This document shows positions 50,972-61,184 of a DNA stretch of 64,000 bases, in pieces; the first letter of the stretch is position 1, and the number at the start of each line of letters is the position of its first letter. Below the pieces are notes generated by a model. It did not search any database. It was not told the DNA's origin and saw only the letters and a program-made list of their open reading frames with translations. The translations under genes and the position numbers were made by a program. The DNA lies in the NCBI GenBank assembly GCA_965237955.1, contig OZ250169.1:4672001-4736000 (forward strand), read 5' to 3'. The DNA comes from Candidatus Marinacidobacterales bacterium. Its GTDB lineage: Bacteria; Acidobacteriota; Vicinamibacteria; Marinacidobacterales; SMYC01.

Positions 50972-51931
50972 ATGGGAGGCGAGAGCACTACGGACTTGGA
51001 TCGAAAAGAGAAAGAGCTCGGCAAGGACGGTAAAGCCACCGCCGAAGCCGTCTCTCCCGGCGTCCCCCAACCCGAAGTAAGCCCCACAAAGAAACCACCG
51101 AAAAACGACGAACTGTTTCGCCAAGGCGAAAATCTCTATGCGCTGGGAATGTACCAGCAGGCGATACACGTCTGGACGCGCATTCTCTTCCTCGAGCGAG
51201 GGGACACACGCGCCAAGAGCGCTATCGAACGGGCGAAACGTGCCGTCTCCGAGCGTCAGCGTGAGCTCGATGTCGAGCTCGCCGCGGCAGCGGAGCTTCT
51301 CGATACAGGCGATATCGAGGCGGCAGCCAGCGGAGTCCGACACGTCCTTTCCATCGACCCTCGGTATGCGGAAGGCCATCAACTAGCGGAGCGCATCGCC
51401 GCGCGGAACCGGCGGAACGATGTGATTCCGACGAACGCGGTCGTGGACGAGGACGCGAGCGAGAGCCCCCCGTCAAAAAAACGCGGTCTCCTCCTGCGGG
51501 TCTCCCGCAAGGCGCCACCAACTCTGCGCCCGAGGAGCAACGCGTCGTCTAGCAAGATGGCGGGGTTCAAGATGGGGGGCTTCGGGCTGGGTGTGATCCT
51601 CGTGTTCGCGTCGGGTGCTCTCTACCTACATCTCAATTGGGAGTCCATCGTCAGCGACGGTGCGTTCGTCACTGGGAGCGCGCTCGCTCCGGGCGGTCGA
51701 GGGCCGACGGATGCCAGCGTGCCCGGGGCTTCGGAGCTCCGTTACTACAACGGGGCGAGGCTCTACGCGAAAGGCCGCTACCGTGAGGCCCTGGCTGAGC
51801 TCAGCCTCGTCGGGCGGGACGACGCCGTTTTTGAACGAGCGCGGAGTCTCATCTTGCGAATCGAAGACCGGCTCTTGCGCGGTGGAGAGTTTCCGCCGAG
51901 CTCCGACGATACGGTACAACCAGGGCAGTGA
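50972..51931 (+). CDS. Hypothetical TPR-like single-pass membrane protein
   Basis: TPR-like helices (GENLYALGMYQQAIHVW; GARLYAKGRYREAL) on both sides of one TM segment. Confidence 0.65.
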   Translation: MGGESTTDLDRKEKELGKDGKATAEAVSPGVPQPEVSPTKKPPKNDELFRQGENLYALGMYQQAIHVWTRILFLERGDTRAKSAIERAKRAVSERQRELDVELAAAAELLDTGDIEAAASGVRHVLSIDPRYAEGHQLAERIAARNRRNDVIPTNAVVDEDASESPPSKKRGLLLRVSRKAPPTLRPRSNASSSKMAGFKMGGFGLGVILVFASGALYLHLNWESIVSDGAFVTGSALAPGGRGPTDASVPGASELRYYNGARLYAKGRYREALAELSLVGRDDAVFERARSLILRIEDRLLRGGEFPPSSDDTVQPGQ

Positions 51932-51943
51932 GGTAGCGTCACC

Positions 51944-52933
51944 GTGGTTTGCGAAAGCTGTCAGTCCGAGCTCGAACCGGTCATGGTTATCTGCCCCGCT
52001 TGCGGCGTTCGCGTTCAGCACGGGCGCGAAGACGTTCATTGGCGACAGCAAGTCAGAGAAACCGTGGAGCGCCACAAAGCGAAGCGAAGACGCGAGCAAA
52101 CGAAACACGACGACGAGGCACGTCAACTCACGATTTTTCCGGAAACTTCGGAGCAAGACGAGGAAGACCGAGCAGCACGAGCGCGCCGGGCCGAGATCCG
52201 AGCGCGTGTCGAAGAGCGGATGTCGAAGCGACATACCCGGTCTCTCGACGCTCGTTCTCATGCTGGCGAAGTCCCTTCGCGTGGGGGAGCGGTCGCTGCC
52301 CGAGCGCTTTCTAGATCGGCGCATGCTCATTCCGCTCAATCGGATCCGGTGGCCCGCATGGAATCGACGGCGGACGTCGCGGTCGAGCGCGCAATCGATC
52401 CTACTACCCTAGAGTTCGGTTCTGACGAGCTCGCCCGGGGAGCTGATTTCGAGATCGCCCGCGACGCTCCCATGCCCGATTTATCGTCACCGTCTGCCGA
52501 GCCGTTCATCGCCTTTGGACTCGCCTCGCCGGGTGAACGGGTGCTCTCCGGGTGCATCGACATGGCGTTCGTTTCGCTCATTCAGCTCATGCTCTTCTAT
52601 CTCACCACGCACCTCGTCGCGCAGCGCCTCGGTGCTCTTCCTACGTCGGCGCTCGTAGCCATGGGTCTCGTGGGAGCCGTACTCGCGGCGGGCTACTTCT
52701 TGTTCTTCTGGAGTCTTTCGGGACAGACGTTGGGAAAGCTTCTCACGGGTGGCCGTGTCGTCGACTGCAGTGGCGGCGGCGGCGCGCTCGGTGCGAGCCG
52801 CGCGGCGCTCAGACTGGTTGGTGCTGTTCTCTCGGCTGTGCCTCTCGGTGCAGGCTTTCTCGGTTTGTGGACGGATACGGAGCGGCGCGGCTGGCACGAT
52901 CGTCTCGCGGGCACCAAAGTCGTCCGCGGCTGA
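51944..52933 (+). CDS. RDD family membrane protein with N-terminal zinc ribbon
   Basis: CESC..CPAC; ASPGERV..ID, GQTLGK, RRGWHDRLAGTKVV. Confidence 0.85.
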   Translation: MVCESCQSELEPVMVICPACGVRVQHGREDVHWRQQVRETVERHKAKRRREQTKHDDEARQLTIFPETSEQDEEDRAARARRAEIRARVEERMSKRHTRSLDARSHAGEVPSRGGAVAARALSRSAHAHSAQSDPVARMESTADVAVERAIDPTTLEFGSDELARGADFEIARDAPMPDLSSPSAEPFIAFGLASPGERVLSGCIDMAFVSLIQLMLFYLTTHLVAQRLGALPTSALVAMGLVGAVLAAGYFLFFWSLSGQTLGKLLTGGRVVDCSGGGGALGASRAALRLVGAVLSAVPLGAGFLGLWTDTERRGWHDRLAGTKVVRG

Positions 52934-52975
52934 ACGCGCCGCTATCCGTCGTCATCTTTTATTTGGCCAGTCATC

Positions 52976-54736
52976 GTGGATCGTCTCTTTCTAGCCGGGC
53001 TCGTGCGTGAGATCGATTCTGCGGTTGCCGGGGCTCGTGTTCGCGGGGTTCGAGTCGATAGCAACGGGCGGTCGCTGACGCTGTCGTTGAACAAGTCTGG
53101 GAACAAGTCTGGGAAGAAATCTGGAGCGTCCTCAGAGCTCGAGCTACATCTGGGTCCGGGAAGCGCGGGCGTGTTCATGCGACCGAGCGAGATCGCACGA
53201 AAAACAGGTCGCGCTCGGCCGCGTGAGGCGAAACTCGAAAAGTTACTGGCGTCGTCGGTGATCGTATCCGTCGACATGTCGGAGCTCGATCGCGTCGTCA
53301 CCATCGTCCTCGAACAAACACGTCTCAGCGGAAAGAAGCGCCATCTTGCGCTCGTGCTCGAGCTCATGGCCGTGCGCAAGAGCGTTTATGTCATCGACGT
53401 CGACTCGTCGAACGTCGTCGATTGTTTGTCGACGGGAACCGCACGTCTCAACCCAGGCGATCGTTACCGTGCGCTCGATCCGCCGCCGTACGCGTCCTTG
53501 CCCGCGGCGAATGCCGACGAGCTCGAGCGGCGGATTGCGGAAGCGACGCCAGAAGGGCCGAATAAGCCGAATAAGCCGAATAAGGAAGACGAGCTCGACA
53601 ACGCCACGCTCTTGTCCGCGACCGGATGGACGCCTCTGCTCGTGAAAGAGATGCAGTTCTTGATCAAAGAAAAAGGCGAGTCGCCGGCCTCGGCCTTCGA
53701 TAATTTGCAGAATCGACTCAGGGCGTCCCGGCCGGTGATGTACGTCAATCCCGAGCGAACGTCTATTGTGCTGTTGTCGCCAATCACTTTGGAGAGCGAG
53801 ACCGAGCTCGAGCCACGCCCGATGGCAAGCTTCGATGCGGTGATGGCGGAGGCGGTGCGACTCACCGGCGACGCCGAGCGATCACAGGCTCTCGGTCAAC
53901 GGCTCGGTTCTGCTGTTTCGCGACGCGACAAGAGCTTGCGCACGCTTCGGCAGAAACTCGTTAGGCAGCAAGGCCAGCTGCTACAGCCGGCCGAGCTCCG
54001 CCAAAAAGGCGAGACGCTACTCGCGGGGCTCCGACAAGCGGAGCGCATCGATGACACTCACGTTCGCTTGCCGGATCCGTTTCATCCCGAAGGGCGTCCG
54101 ATCGAAATGGAGATCGATCCGAGGCTGGGCCTGCCCGAAAACGCCGAGCGCATGTTCCGTCGCTCGCGCAAAGTCGAAAGAACAGAGATCGAGCTTCGGA
54201 GGCGACTCGAACAAGTGGAGCAACAGTTGACGTACGCCGAGGGCGTGCGCGTGAGTCTCGACGATGCGACCGCGCTCGACGAGCTCGAGTCGATTCGGCG
54301 AGAAATGGAAGAGCAACATCTCCTCGCTCCGGAGAAAACCCGCGTTCGTTCAGACGATGGCACCAAGCGGCTTCCACCACGGAGCTTTACCACCCATCGC
54401 GGGAACGTCGTTCTCGTCGGACGATCGGCGCGCTCGAACGCCGAGCTCACCTTTCGCTTGGCCAAGCCGGACGACTTGTGGCTGCACGCATCGGGCATGC
54501 CTGGCTCCCACGTGGTGTTGAAGCGCTCGGGGTCCATCGAACCCGACGAAGAGGAGATCTCAGAGGCTGCCGGCTACGCGGCCTACTTCAGCAAGGGACG
54601 AAACGACACTTACGTCGATGTCATGGTCACCGCGCGTCGCAACGTGAGCAAGATCAAAGGCGCGCCACCCGGTCTCGTCAGAGTATCCAACATGAAGACG
54701 GTGCGTGTGCGCCCGAAACCGCCTCCTGCTTCGTGA
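52976..54736 (+). CDS. NFACT family protein (RqcH/FbpA-like)
   Basis: DRVVTI..LVLELM, ENAERMF, VGRSARSN.ELT, DLWLHA..PGSHVV, AAYFSK. Confidence 0.88.
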   Translation: MDRLFLAGLVREIDSAVAGARVRGVRVDSNGRSLTLSLNKSGNKSGKKSGASSELELHLGPGSAGVFMRPSEIARKTGRARPREAKLEKLLASSVIVSVDMSELDRVVTIVLEQTRLSGKKRHLALVLELMAVRKSVYVIDVDSSNVVDCLSTGTARLNPGDRYRALDPPPYASLPAANADELERRIAEATPEGPNKPNKPNKEDELDNATLLSATGWTPLLVKEMQFLIKEKGESPASAFDNLQNRLRASRPVMYVNPERTSIVLLSPITLESETELEPRPMASFDAVMAEAVRLTGDAERSQALGQRLGSAVSRRDKSLRTLRQKLVRQQGQLLQPAELRQKGETLLAGLRQAERIDDTHVRLPDPFHPEGRPIEMEIDPRLGLPENAERMFRRSRKVERTEIELRRRLEQVEQQLTYAEGVRVSLDDATALDELESIRREMEEQHLLAPEKTRVRSDDGTKRLPPRSFTTHRGNVVLVGRSARSNAELTFRLAKPDDLWLHASGMPGSHVVLKRSGSIEPDEEEISEAAGYAAYFSKGRNDTYVDVMVTARRNVSKIKGAPPGLVRVSNMKTVRVRPKPPPAS

Positions 54737-54762
54737 GGCGGGGCGAGATAAGATGATCGGCG

Positions 54763-56001
54763 ATGACAGCCGCCATTCTCGCGATCGGTGACGAGCTTTT
54801 CGCTCCCGGGCGCGTCGAGTCCAATTCCGTTTTCTTGACCGAGCAGCTCGCGCGATACGGAATTCCGGTGGGTTTCCGCGCGGTTGTCGGTGATGACGAA
54901 CAAGCCATCGCGCTTGCGACCGAGAGCGCGCTGAAGGCGAACGACCTCGTTTTTCTTACGGGCGGGCTCGGGCCGACGTCCGATGACTTGACTCGGGATG
55001 CGGTGTCGCGCGCGCTCGAGCTCGAGTTGTCCCTCGACGAAACGATTCTCGACGGCATCCGCGCCCGCTTCGAGCGGCGTGGCATCACCATGCCCGAGGT
55101 GAATCGGTGCCAGGCGATGGTGCCAAAAGAAGCCACCGTACTCCCGAATCGTCGCGGCACCGCGCCCGGGCTGTGGATTCCAATAGGATCGGGCAAGGCC
55201 GTGGTGCTTCTTCCCGGACCTCCCCCCGAGCTCGAACCCATGTTTCGGGATCACGTCGCACCGCGGCTTAACCCGTTCTCGTCGGGGGCGGTGTACGAGG
55301 TGAAAAAACTCCGGGTGGCTGGGCTTGCCGAGTCTTCGGTGGAACAGAAGATCGCATCTACTTACCGGAGTGTAGCGAACCCGTCGACGACGATCCTCGC
55401 GTCGGCGGGACAAGTCGAAATTCGGCTGACGGCGACCGATCAAACTTCCGAAGCTGCAGCCGCGAAGAACGAAATCTTGGCGTCGAGCCTGCGAGAGATC
55501 CTCGGAGATGCGATCTTCACCGAGAACGAGGAAGAGCTAGAGGACGTCGTAGGATCTCTGCTTGTGTCGAGCGGGAAACGCATCACCGTCGCCGAGTCTC
55601 TAACGGGCGGACTCATTGCTGAGCGTATCACCGACGTGCCGGGCTCGAGCCGATACTTCGATGAAAGCTTCGTCACCTACAGCAACGAAGCGAAGAGCGC
55701 GCTCCTCGGCGTGCCGGCGGAGCTTTTCGAGCGCGTCGGAGCCGTCAGTGAGGAAGTCGCGCGCGCGATGGCAACGGGTGCATGGGAGCGAAGCGGGGCC
55801 GACATCGCTGTCGCGGTCACCGGCGTCGCCGGCCCGACCGGTGGAAGCGAGCGAAAACCGGTCGGCCTCGTGTACATCGCGCTCGCGGCCGAAAATGGTG
55901 TTCACGTCGAGCGATTCCAATTCCCCGGCGCCCGCCGCCAAGTCAAACGCTGGACGTCCCAAGCGGCCCTCAACATGGTCCGCCTCGCGTTGCTCCGGTG
56001 A
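54763..56001 (+). CDS. cinA: Competence/damage-inducible protein A (MoCF-like plus NMN deamidase)
   Basis: IGDEL, GGLGPTSDDLT, AESLTGG, TYSNEAK, GAVSEEVA, TGVAGPTGG. Confidence 0.95.
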   Translation: MTAAILAIGDELFAPGRVESNSVFLTEQLARYGIPVGFRAVVGDDEQAIALATESALKANDLVFLTGGLGPTSDDLTRDAVSRALELELSLDETILDGIRARFERRGITMPEVNRCQAMVPKEATVLPNRRGTAPGLWIPIGSGKAVVLLPGPPPELEPMFRDHVAPRLNPFSSGAVYEVKKLRVAGLAESSVEQKIASTYRSVANPSTTILASAGQVEIRLTATDQTSEAAAAKNEILASSLREILGDAIFTENEEELEDVVGSLLVSSGKRITVAESLTGGLIAERITDVPGSSRYFDESFVTYSNEAKSALLGVPAELFERVGAVSEEVARAMATGAWERSGADIAVAVTGVAGPTGGSERKPVGLVYIALAAENGVHVERFQFPGARRQVKRWTSQAALNMVRLALLR

Positions 56002-56013
56002 CCGCTTTTTTTC

Positions 56014-56112
56014 AACGCAAAGGCGCAAAGGCGCAAAGGCGCAAAGGGCGCAAAGATCTGGGTTCGGATGCTCGTTTTTCTTTGCGTCTTTGCGCCTTAG
56101 CGTCTTTGCGTT
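56014..56112. repeat. Octamer-based inverted repeat hairpin
   Basis: (CGCAAAGG)x4 ... CTTTGCGTCTTTGCGCCTTAGCGTCTTTGCGTT; same family as 25325-25400. Confidence 0.85.
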
Positions 56113-56122
56113 GTTCTTTTCG

Positions 56123-56698
56123 ATGATGAGAGTTTTCCTCGCGGTTGAGCTTTCCTCGACCGTGCGAGACCGTATCGCAGCGTTTCAGGATGAATGGAAG
56201 CCCCGGATTCAGTCGGCCCGGTGGGTTCGTGGGGAGAATCTGCATCTCACGCTTCGTTTCCTTGGGGAGGTCGAGCCGTCGGTTGTGGCGGCGCTCGTCG
56301 CCACGCTTCCACAAAGTGTCCGTGGCTGTCAGCCGTTCAGCTTCTCGTTGCGAGGCGGCGGGTGTTTCCCCAACGCGAAGCGTCCTCGGGTCGTTTGGGT
56401 TGGCGTCGATCCCGTTCCCGACGAGCTCCACCGCCTGCAGCGAGCCGCGGACAAGGCGGTGCAACCGCACGGGTTCGGGCCGGAAGGCCGTGGTTTCGAG
56501 CCGCATCTCACCATCGCCCGATTCAAAACGTCCAAACCGTCCAAACCGCCCGAAAAGTCAGTGGCACCTCTCATGAAGGCGCTCGAGGGGCGCGATTTCG
56601 GCGAGACTCGCGTATCCGAAGTCGTTCTCTTCGAAAGCCGGCTTTCCCCACGAGGCGCCAGCTATCACGCCGTCGAGCGATTCAGATTGGGTCCTTAG
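56123..56698 (+). CDS. thpR: RNA 2',3'-cyclic phosphodiesterase (2H family)
   Basis: MRVFLAV, two HLT motifs (LHLTLRFLG, PHLTIAR), GGCFP..PRVVW. Confidence 0.92.
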   Translation: MMRVFLAVELSSTVRDRIAAFQDEWKPRIQSARWVRGENLHLTLRFLGEVEPSVVAALVATLPQSVRGCQPFSFSLRGGGCFPNAKRPRVVWVGVDPVPDELHRLQRAADKAVQPHGFGPEGRGFEPHLTIARFKTSKPSKPPEKSVAPLMKALEGRDFGETRVSEVVLFESRLSPRGASYHAVERFRLGP

Positions 56699-56764
56699 GG
56701 CCCGCAAGAATAGCTGGTATAATACGAAGTTACAGGGATCTGTCGTTTCTAACCATCGCGCCAT

Positions 56765-58354
56765 ATGTACGAGTTAGCGTTTCACGAGGACGGGAGTGAG
56801 CAAGTAGTACCCATCCGTCCCGCGGGCGTCGTGATGGGCCGCTCGCCGGATTGCGACGTCGTGATCAAGGATTTCGGCGTTTCGCGCCGTCACGCCGAAG
56901 TCGTCGTCGACGGCCAGAGCTGCCGGCTCGTCGACCTCAAGAGCAAAAACGGCACCCAGGTCAACGGGGTGCGGGTGCCAGAGGCACTTCTCGCCGACGG
57001 CGACCAGATTCTTCTCGGGAAGTTCCTGGTCTATTTTCGAAAGACACTCGACGAAAAGGTCGTCCTCGACGAAGAGAAACCGATGCTCGAGGAGGCGGGG
57101 ACCATCATCCGGAGCGTCGGCGAGCTCTCGAAGTTTTTTCTCGATGAGAAGCCACCCAAGGACGAGACCAAGCCGCGCGCTCCTTCTCCCAAGGAAGACG
57201 ACGAGCTCGCCAAGATCAATCGCGTTCTCAGAAGCTTGTCCGAGCTCGCGAAAGCTCTGATTTCGGCTCAGCCCGAGGAAGTGCCGGCCCGCGTGATGGA
57301 CGCCGTGTTCGAGCACATACCCGCGGATCGTGGTTTCCTCATGCTGTACGACGACGAGGGCAACTTGAAGCCGCGCGTGGTCCATCATCGTCACGGTGAC
57401 GATGAGAAGATCACGATCAGCAAGACGATTGCCGACCGCGTCGTTCAGGATCGCGTCGCGATTCTGACGTCGGACGCTCAAGTCGATCCGCGATTCGCCT
57501 CCGGCGACAGCATCCGCTTCCACGGCATTCGCTCCGCCATGTGCGCGCCCCTGTGGAAGGGCGACGCGGTCATCGGCATCATCCATGTAGATTCGCCAAT
57601 GCAGACGAAGACGTTCACCCCAGACGATCTCGAGCTACTGTCAGCGCTTTCGAACTACGCGGCGGTGGCAATCCAACAGGCGAGCTTGAACAAGAAGGTT
57701 CAGGAAGAAAGAGTGGCGCGCGAGCGGCTCGAGAAATACTTTTCGCCGAACGTCGCGACCCGGATTCTTTCGGAAGGTGAAAAGGAAGTTCAAGAGCTCG
57801 AAGTTTCGGTGCTGTTCGCGGATATCGTCGGCTTCACGCCGATGGCGGAGAAGATGAGCCCGCCGTCGGTGGCCAAGCTCTTGAACGAGTACTTCTCACG
57901 CATGGAAGAGCCGATCTTCGAGCACGAGGGAACGCTCGACAAGTTCATCGGCGACTGCATCATGGCGGTGTTCGGCGCTCCGTACCCTCAAGAGGATCAC
58001 GCCGTACGGGCGGTGCAAGTGGCTCTCGATATGCGCCAGCGGCTGAACGAGCTCAACACCGAGCGAGGTGGCAGTGCCCCCATCCAAATGCGGATGGGTA
58101 TCCACAGCGGCCGGGCCGTGTCCGGGCCGATGGGCTCGGAAAAACGCCGGGAGTTCACCGTGCTCGGCGACACCGTCAACATCGCTTCCCGCATCGAGTC
58201 GATGGTCGCGAAGAAGGGGCAAATCGTCATCGGTGCTCGTACCCACGATCTCGTGGAGGGCAAGTTCGAAATGAACGATCTCGGCGAGGTGACGCTGAAG
58301 GGAAAGAGCAAGACCGTTCAGGTCTACGAAGTGGTGTCGGAGAAAACCCATTGA
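56765..58354 (+). CDS. FHA-GAF-class III adenylate/guanylate cyclase
   Basis: MGRS..VSRRHA..DLKSKNGT (FHA); IRSAMCAPL (GAF); FADIVGFT, DKFIGDCIM, GDTVNIASR. Confidence 0.92.
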   Translation: MYELAFHEDGSEQVVPIRPAGVVMGRSPDCDVVIKDFGVSRRHAEVVVDGQSCRLVDLKSKNGTQVNGVRVPEALLADGDQILLGKFLVYFRKTLDEKVVLDEEKPMLEEAGTIIRSVGELSKFFLDEKPPKDETKPRAPSPKEDDELAKINRVLRSLSELAKALISAQPEEVPARVMDAVFEHIPADRGFLMLYDDEGNLKPRVVHHRHGDDEKITISKTIADRVVQDRVAILTSDAQVDPRFASGDSIRFHGIRSAMCAPLWKGDAVIGIIHVDSPMQTKTFTPDDLELLSALSNYAAVAIQQASLNKKVQEERVARERLEKYFSPNVATRILSEGEKEVQELEVSVLFADIVGFTPMAEKMSPPSVAKLLNEYFSRMEEPIFEHEGTLDKFIGDCIMAVFGAPYPQEDHAVRAVQVALDMRQRLNELNTERGGSAPIQMRMGIHSGRAVSGPMGSEKRREFTVLGDTVNIASRIESMVAKKGQIVIGARTHDLVEGKFEMNDLGEVTLKGKSKTVQVYEVVSEKTH

Positions 58355-58384
58355 CGTTAACCACTTGGATATCGAGGTGAAGCC

Positions 58385-60265
58385 ATGAGGCCGAGCGGGA
58401 CGACTTCGCCCACGCGCGTGAGACGACGAGGGAAGATTCTCTACTCGCTGATGGGCGTCATGCTCGCCGCCGGTCTCATTCCTCTCGTGCTGATGACGAT
58501 CTGGATTTTCGGGCGAAACCGCGACGCGCTGGAAGCGTCGGAGAGACTCCTCCAAATCGACCAGACACGCTCCATTGCGCAGCAGGCGCGTCTCTATTTG
58601 CAGTCGATGCACGATCAGATCTCCGCGATCGCCGAGACGCTCGAGCTTGCATCGAGCCCCGGAGCGGTGCAGGCGCGCATCGCGTCGGTCACTCCCGAGG
58701 CGCTTGCAGATTTCGTCGAAGAAGACCGGGTTCGCTCCATCACCGTGTTCGATCGCGAAGGACGATTTGACGTCGCCGGCTACACGCTCGACGACCAGGC
58801 CATCGAGAACTCGCTTCATCAATCACTCGTGGAAGCGCTTCAAGGCAACTCATGGGTGTCGGAGCCTCACATCTCCGAGCCGCTTCTCGACACCGTCGTC
58901 ATCATGTCGGCGCCGGTACGCGCCTCCTACGGGGGAGAGGGAGAGCCGATCGTCGCCGGTGTCGTCTCCGCCGTGGTCAGCCTGAAGCCGATCGAGGAGA
59001 TCGTTCGGCAGAAAGGCAACGATCGGCGCTCGGTGTATGTGGTCGACGCGAGCGGACAGCTGGTGACGCACTCGGACCCCGAGACCCTCTATGAAGGGGT
59101 CGACGTCTCGAACACCGCGATCGTGAAAGCGTTTCAAGACTCTCGCGGCCAGGCGAGCGGTTCGGTCAACTTCGAGCTCACCCAGGACGGCCGGGTCCAA
59201 CGACTCTTGGGCACGTATACACCCATCGGGGATCGGAACTCCTCGGTCTCGTTTCTGACGACGCTCGGCTGGGGCGCGATCGTGCAAGCCGAGGAGGAAG
59301 CGGTGTTTTTCTCGGTGCGCGAGATCATGACCGACAGTATCGTCATCGCCGTGATCGCGGCTGGGTTTGCCGTGTTCTTGGCGGTTCTGTCGGCAGGCCG
59401 ACTCTCACAGCCCGTCGCCGAGCTCGCCGAAGGCGCGCGCCGTATCGCATCCGGCGACTTCACTCAGAACATCGACGTTACCAGTGGCAACGAGATCGGT
59501 GAGTTCGCCGAGACGTTCAACTTCATGATGCTCGAGATCCGCCGTTTCATCGAGCGTCTCCGCAAAGCCGCCGAGGAGAACAAGCAAATGTTTCTCGGTG
59601 CGGTGAGCTCGTTGGCAGCGGCGATCGACGCGAAGGACCCTTACACCGCAGGCCACTCCGAGCGCGTTGCGCACTACTCGGCGACGATCGCAGCCATTCT
59701 CGACCTTCCGGAAGAGGACGTCGAGAACGTCCGCGTTTCGGCTCTGATGCACGATGTCGGGAAGATCGGTATCGAGGACAGCATTCTCCGCAAGGCAGGC
59801 CCGCTCACCGACTCAGAGTTCGAGATCATGAAGACTCATCCGTCGGTCGGCGCTGCGATCATGGATCACGTTCCCCAGCTGGAAGCCATGATGGCTGGCA
59901 TCAAGTGCCACCACGAAAACGTGAACGGCACGGGCTATCCCGACGGGCTCAAAGGAGATCAGATCCCGCTACAAGCGAAGATCGTGAGCGTCGCCGACAC
60001 GTTCGATGCGATGACGACGAATCGTCCCTATCAGAAAGCCATGGAGATTACCTACGTGTTCGCACGCATGCGGAGCTTCATCGGCAAGAAGTTCGACCAG
60101 AGGATCGTCGAAGCGCTGATCACCGCCTACGAAGAGGGACTGGTTCGGCCGAACATGAAGGTCAAGAGCGTCATCAAAACGTCGCCCACGGTCGCCAAAC
60201 AGCCGCCACCGCCGCCGGACGATCTTCCGGGCTCCCTCGTTTCAATCCCCGACGGGCGGTGGTGA
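58385..60265 (+). CDS. Cache-HAMP-HD-GYP cyclic dinucleotide phosphodiesterase
   Basis: Two TM segments, HAMP, DPYTAGHSERV, HDVGKIG, HHE..NGTGYP, ADTFDAMT..RPY. Confidence 0.92.
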   Translation: MRPSGTTSPTRVRRRGKILYSLMGVMLAAGLIPLVLMTIWIFGRNRDALEASERLLQIDQTRSIAQQARLYLQSMHDQISAIAETLELASSPGAVQARIASVTPEALADFVEEDRVRSITVFDREGRFDVAGYTLDDQAIENSLHQSLVEALQGNSWVSEPHISEPLLDTVVIMSAPVRASYGGEGEPIVAGVVSAVVSLKPIEEIVRQKGNDRRSVYVVDASGQLVTHSDPETLYEGVDVSNTAIVKAFQDSRGQASGSVNFELTQDGRVQRLLGTYTPIGDRNSSVSFLTTLGWGAIVQAEEEAVFFSVREIMTDSIVIAVIAAGFAVFLAVLSAGRLSQPVAELAEGARRIASGDFTQNIDVTSGNEIGEFAETFNFMMLEIRRFIERLRKAAEENKQMFLGAVSSLAAAIDAKDPYTAGHSERVAHYSATIAAILDLPEEDVENVRVSALMHDVGKIGIEDSILRKAGPLTDSEFEIMKTHPSVGAAIMDHVPQLEAMMAGIKCHHENVNGTGYPDGLKGDQIPLQAKIVSVADTFDAMTTNRPYQKAMEITYVFARMRSFIGKKFDQRIVEALITAYEEGLVRPNMKVKSVIKTSPTVAKQPPPPPDDLPGSLVSIPDGRW

Positions 60266-60374
60266 GCAAAGTGCCCCCGCTGGCCAGCCAGTCTCGAATC
60301 GGATTCGGCAGTAGTATCTAAGTCCTTGTTTGCGCTACAATACGGCCTTCTTGAACAGCACAAGGAGGTCATGG

Positions 60375-61148
60375 ATGGCGTCACGGAAGGTTTCCGCCCT
60401 CGTCGTCTTGGGTCTTTGGTTGGGTCTTTGGGCGACGACCCTCGCTCAGGCTCAAACCGACGCTGAGATCGAGGAAGCGATCTCGATCTTCAATCGGTGG
60501 AAAACGCTTCACCAAGAGAAGCGATACGCGGAAGCGATTTCGGAGTATCGAGCTTCGCTCAAGCTCGACCCCGAGAGTCCGTTCGCTCATAACGCTATGG
60601 GACTCGCGCTCGCTGCCGTTGGTGACTTGAAGGGAGCGCTGAAGGCCTTCAACAAAGCGCTCGCGCTCAATCCGGATTTGACCGATGTCTACAACAACAT
60701 TGGCGTGGTCTACAATGAGTTGGGCGAACGCGACAAGGCGTTCGAAGCGTTCGGCCGTGCCGTCAGAAACCCGACCTACCTGACGCCGGAGAAAGCGCTC
60801 TACAACATCGGCAACTTGTATCTCGAAGACGGGAACGCCGAGCTCGCGATGATGCACTTCAAACGCGCCGTCGAGAAGAAGCCGAAGTTCAGTCTAGGCT
60901 ACCGAGGCCTTGGTAAGGTCCATCTCATGATGAACGATCCCGACTTGGCGATGCGGGAGTTCCATAAGGCTATCGAGATCACCGAAGATGATACCGAGAG
61001 CCTCTATCAGCTCGCCCGTTTGCACCAAGAACGCGGCGAGTCCGCCGAAGCGTCCGAGTTCTATCGACGTGTGGTGGAGGTCGACCGCTTTTCTCCGATT
61101 GGAGAGCTGGCGCTCGCTCGTCTGGACTCTTTGAAAAGCGGCAGTTAG
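60375..61148 (+). CDS. Exported tetratricopeptide repeat protein
   Basis: RBS AAGGAGG, signal peptide, multiple TPR units. Confidence 0.85.
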   Translation: MASRKVSALVVLGLWLGLWATTLAQAQTDAEIEEAISIFNRWKTLHQEKRYAEAISEYRASLKLDPESPFAHNAMGLALAAVGDLKGALKAFNKALALNPDLTDVYNNIGVVYNELGERDKAFEAFGRAVRNPTYLTPEKALYNIGNLYLEDGNAELAMMHFKRAVEKKPKFSLGYRGLGKVHLMMNDPDLAMREFHKAIEITEDDTESLYQLARLHQERGESAEASEFYRRVVEVDRFSPIGELALARLDSLKSGS

Positions 61149-61184
61149 AACAGCCATCAGCCATCAGCCGTCAGCCATCGGCAG

